A stretch of 64,000 bases of DNA from Amphiscolops sp. MND2022. Its lineage: Eukaryota. Positions 63,101 to 64,000 of this stretch are shown here, piece after piece. Position 1 is the first letter of the stretch. Every line of letters begins with the position of its first letter. The notes below the pieces were generated by a model. That model ran no database searches. It worked only from the letters and a program-made list of their open reading frames with translations, and was not told where the DNA came from. The stretch is from NCBI GenBank assembly GCA_964187785.1, contig OZ076409.1:99884001-99948000 (forward strand), written 5' to 3'. The position numbers and the translations under genes are program-made.

Positions 63101-63984
63101 TTCGATGGGGCGAATTTCACTTCTGGTTGTGCTGTTGCTCTTTGACTGACAGCATCTATGACAGTCTTTGTTCTGTGCTTTCCAATACCTCGACTAGCGG
63201 CTTCGGTGGATATAGTCGGTTTCACTGGAGGACTCAAGTCCCTCACTAGCGCGGAGCATTGTCCTCCTTGCATCGATTGTACTGTAATCACTGGTGCTGA
63301 GATGGACGTTTGCTGGTATACAGATGGCACGTTAGTCGTCGATGCCACGTTTTCAGCTTCTTCTGTCTTGTCCATCCATCCTGAGACTTTCGTCAGATTG
63401 TCATCTGGAGTCCCGACTGGTGAGATACTTCGGAAGCTAGACCCATCACTACTCGACACTTGCGCCATTTGTAGTTCCTTTTCAGCAATTTTGGCTTTGC
63501 GGGCCATCTCCTCTTGCACGCTAACCATCTCATCTTGCAAGCTAGCTATCTTAACTTCGTTTGCTTCACGTCTCAGTTTCTCTAGGCGGGTTTGAAGTTC
63601 TTCTTGTTCTTTCAAAGATTTCAGCTCCAAATCGAGAAATCGTCGTGCACTAGATGTTTTTGAAATCACAGACGTTTTGTTGCTTTTGGTTCTTTTACTT
63701 CGCGAATGTATGCTCAATTCGTCTATTGGCAATGATCTAGCACATTTGTTTCGCTCTTGGCTGTCATCCGCGTTATGACCATTGTCTTCTTTCTGCTCCT
63801 CGTCTGGTTCGGGCTCCTTTTGTGGTGTAGTGCCATTTCTACTTGATTTGTCTGCGGCTACGCTTGCGCGAACGTCTGCCAGTCTTTGTTCAGCGTCTTC
63901 AAGACTTCGCAAAATGGCTCCTCCTTCTCCTGTCTTCAGCAGATCTTCAATTTTCGTTTTAATGTCAGACCGTTTCTGCAGCAA
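60127..63984 (-). CDS. BEL/Pao Gag-protease polyprotein fused to integrase C-terminal domain (5' part outside window); no RT, RNase H or DDE core
   Basis: LPKLKLAEFSGDPLEW (BEL Gag), three Cys/His knuckles, ALCDSGAS protease, LGWMLSGP, GRVLEVYHGSDGRVRSALVKT..KRPVVKLAP; no YxDD. Confidence 0.9.
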   Translation of the reverse strand: MLQKRSDIKTKIEDLLKTGEGGAILRSLEDAEQRLADVRASVAADKSSRNGTTPQKEPEPDEEQKEDNGHNADDSQERNKCARSLPIDELSIHSRSKRTKSNKTSVISKTSSARRFLDLELKSLKEQEELQTRLEKLRREANEVKIASLQDEMVSVQEEMARKAKIAEKELQMAQVSSSDGSSFRSISPVGTPDDNLTKVSGWMDKTEEAENVASTTNVPSVYQQTSISAPVITVQSMQGGQCSALVRDLSPPVKPTISTEAASRGIGKHRTKTVIDAVSQRATAQPEVKFAPSKPSMTLSADPNWLPPTFGGIQSGAFQVPQLANTQKQYLPSQGPNFASNAKDDYYIRSSLPKLKLAEFSGDPLEWPEWSQLFQATVHAANIDDSVKMNHLKTMVTGKAKEAIAGLGYTAEMYNVAWNVLVRNFGKPQMVVNAQLKRIYSFPPMKPYDGAALIKFARIVSSCVNVLTQFNYVGDLNSEGVLGSATRKLTLDMKTKWLTYVKQMNLYQPGLAVFSEWLNDIADVQDELLLYSNLNADRAKTSYKEKAEGSTFATSAPDTASDNSKYQRECALKDGKHPIWKCEKFKKMDVEERGQKAKKELKLCFKCLSDAHQMRNCSGRLCDVNGCGKPHHRLLHRPYKNEDQKQNVENVDEVSNLSSMRSSGVLPVIPVSIGSGNKTVKTFALCDSGASLSFVDESLMKTLNLTGQPVDLNVAGIHGASDISSKRMRVRIGDQQGKVKEDIMAYSHPDVNAGNRTYNLKKLKEEYPHLSVLKDSTINLKDVKVILGQDCYHLHRAIGYRKCGKSKPWAVLTKLGWMLSGPLPQQETAKFATESLVFADVDPLVDQMKTRSRMELYTSHCSVSEMSKENTENSPDIFVVERNWQEVSTKPLLLEIKQIWKDEMHLAVSDHMTVEQDKNMGFSTVEEKNEHESFAIKSNLRTLEEFTVMLELVKQNTAVASVRQHVEEKQQAQMQAVKFAAKTLTLEEGKKCSQLNKVVEVVKECQLELQEVPRGKAIYRRLFGGLLEQAKPAEDNASDRAKTVKMSFWRKHDVELKEKLLVKIIPNDSENCNNWLGNGNSGMDAVAQANPNVYTELSSDHSKLFEKRAWKFEPILIRLHGTNESAQLNTNGILHANMKADEFASEISLTETQLGSSKPQTTTSSENGPFIGPAVSWEEVMMRQESFGKWIKEDFRQLEVTDLVWIVDENEKRAYYKMGRVLEVYHGSDGRVRSALVKTEDGKFKRPVVKLAPMFYESVFREKNRAGNVGVSQLRDQKLKLERD

Positions 63985-64000
63985 TTCTTGACATGCTGCA

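Larger units (their letters stand above)
53553..64000 (-). mobile_element. Tandem array of non-autonomous BEL/Pao element (LTR-internal-LTR-internal), continuing beyond window
   Basis: ~5.68-kb near-identical units; PBS TGGTCCGCCGACCCGGA next to LTR at 59229; Gag-protease plus integrase C-terminal ORF. Confidence 0.93.

Overview
Repeat-rich, AT-rich eukaryotic (animal-like, spliceosomal GT-AG introns) DNA with a 200-N gap at 40302-40501. (1) A complete 16.5-kb Ty3/Gypsy LTR retrotransposon (4250-20760; 2353-bp LTRs about 99% identical; CCAAG target-site duplication). Its gag starts inside the 5' LTR, and pol is reached through a -1 frameshift signal but is disrupted in this copy. Between pol and the 3' LTR lies a ~5.5-kb accessory cassette, the main novelty of the window. 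It holds an antisense ~8-exon gene that reads as a catalytically dead hAT-type transposase with a zinc finger, and a divergent sense ORF carrying SIM, NLS, PP1-docking RVxF and RG-repeat motifs that runs through the PPT into U3. (2) An old, degenerate BEL/Pao element (21654-28509, minus strand, ACTTG TSD) whose LTRs contain a 76-nt tRNA-like sequence; its 5' LTR plus ~2.7 kb of flank is tandemly triplicated (28049-37482). (3) DINE-1/Helentron-like non-autonomous repeats, an 84-bp satellite and a CCC..GGG MITE. (4) A head-to-tail array of a non-autonomous BEL/Pao element encoding Gag, protease and only the integrase C-terminal domain (53553 to window end). (5) A few candidate host exons, including a signal-peptide first exon. 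All family assignments are from motif recognition by eye; no searches were run.
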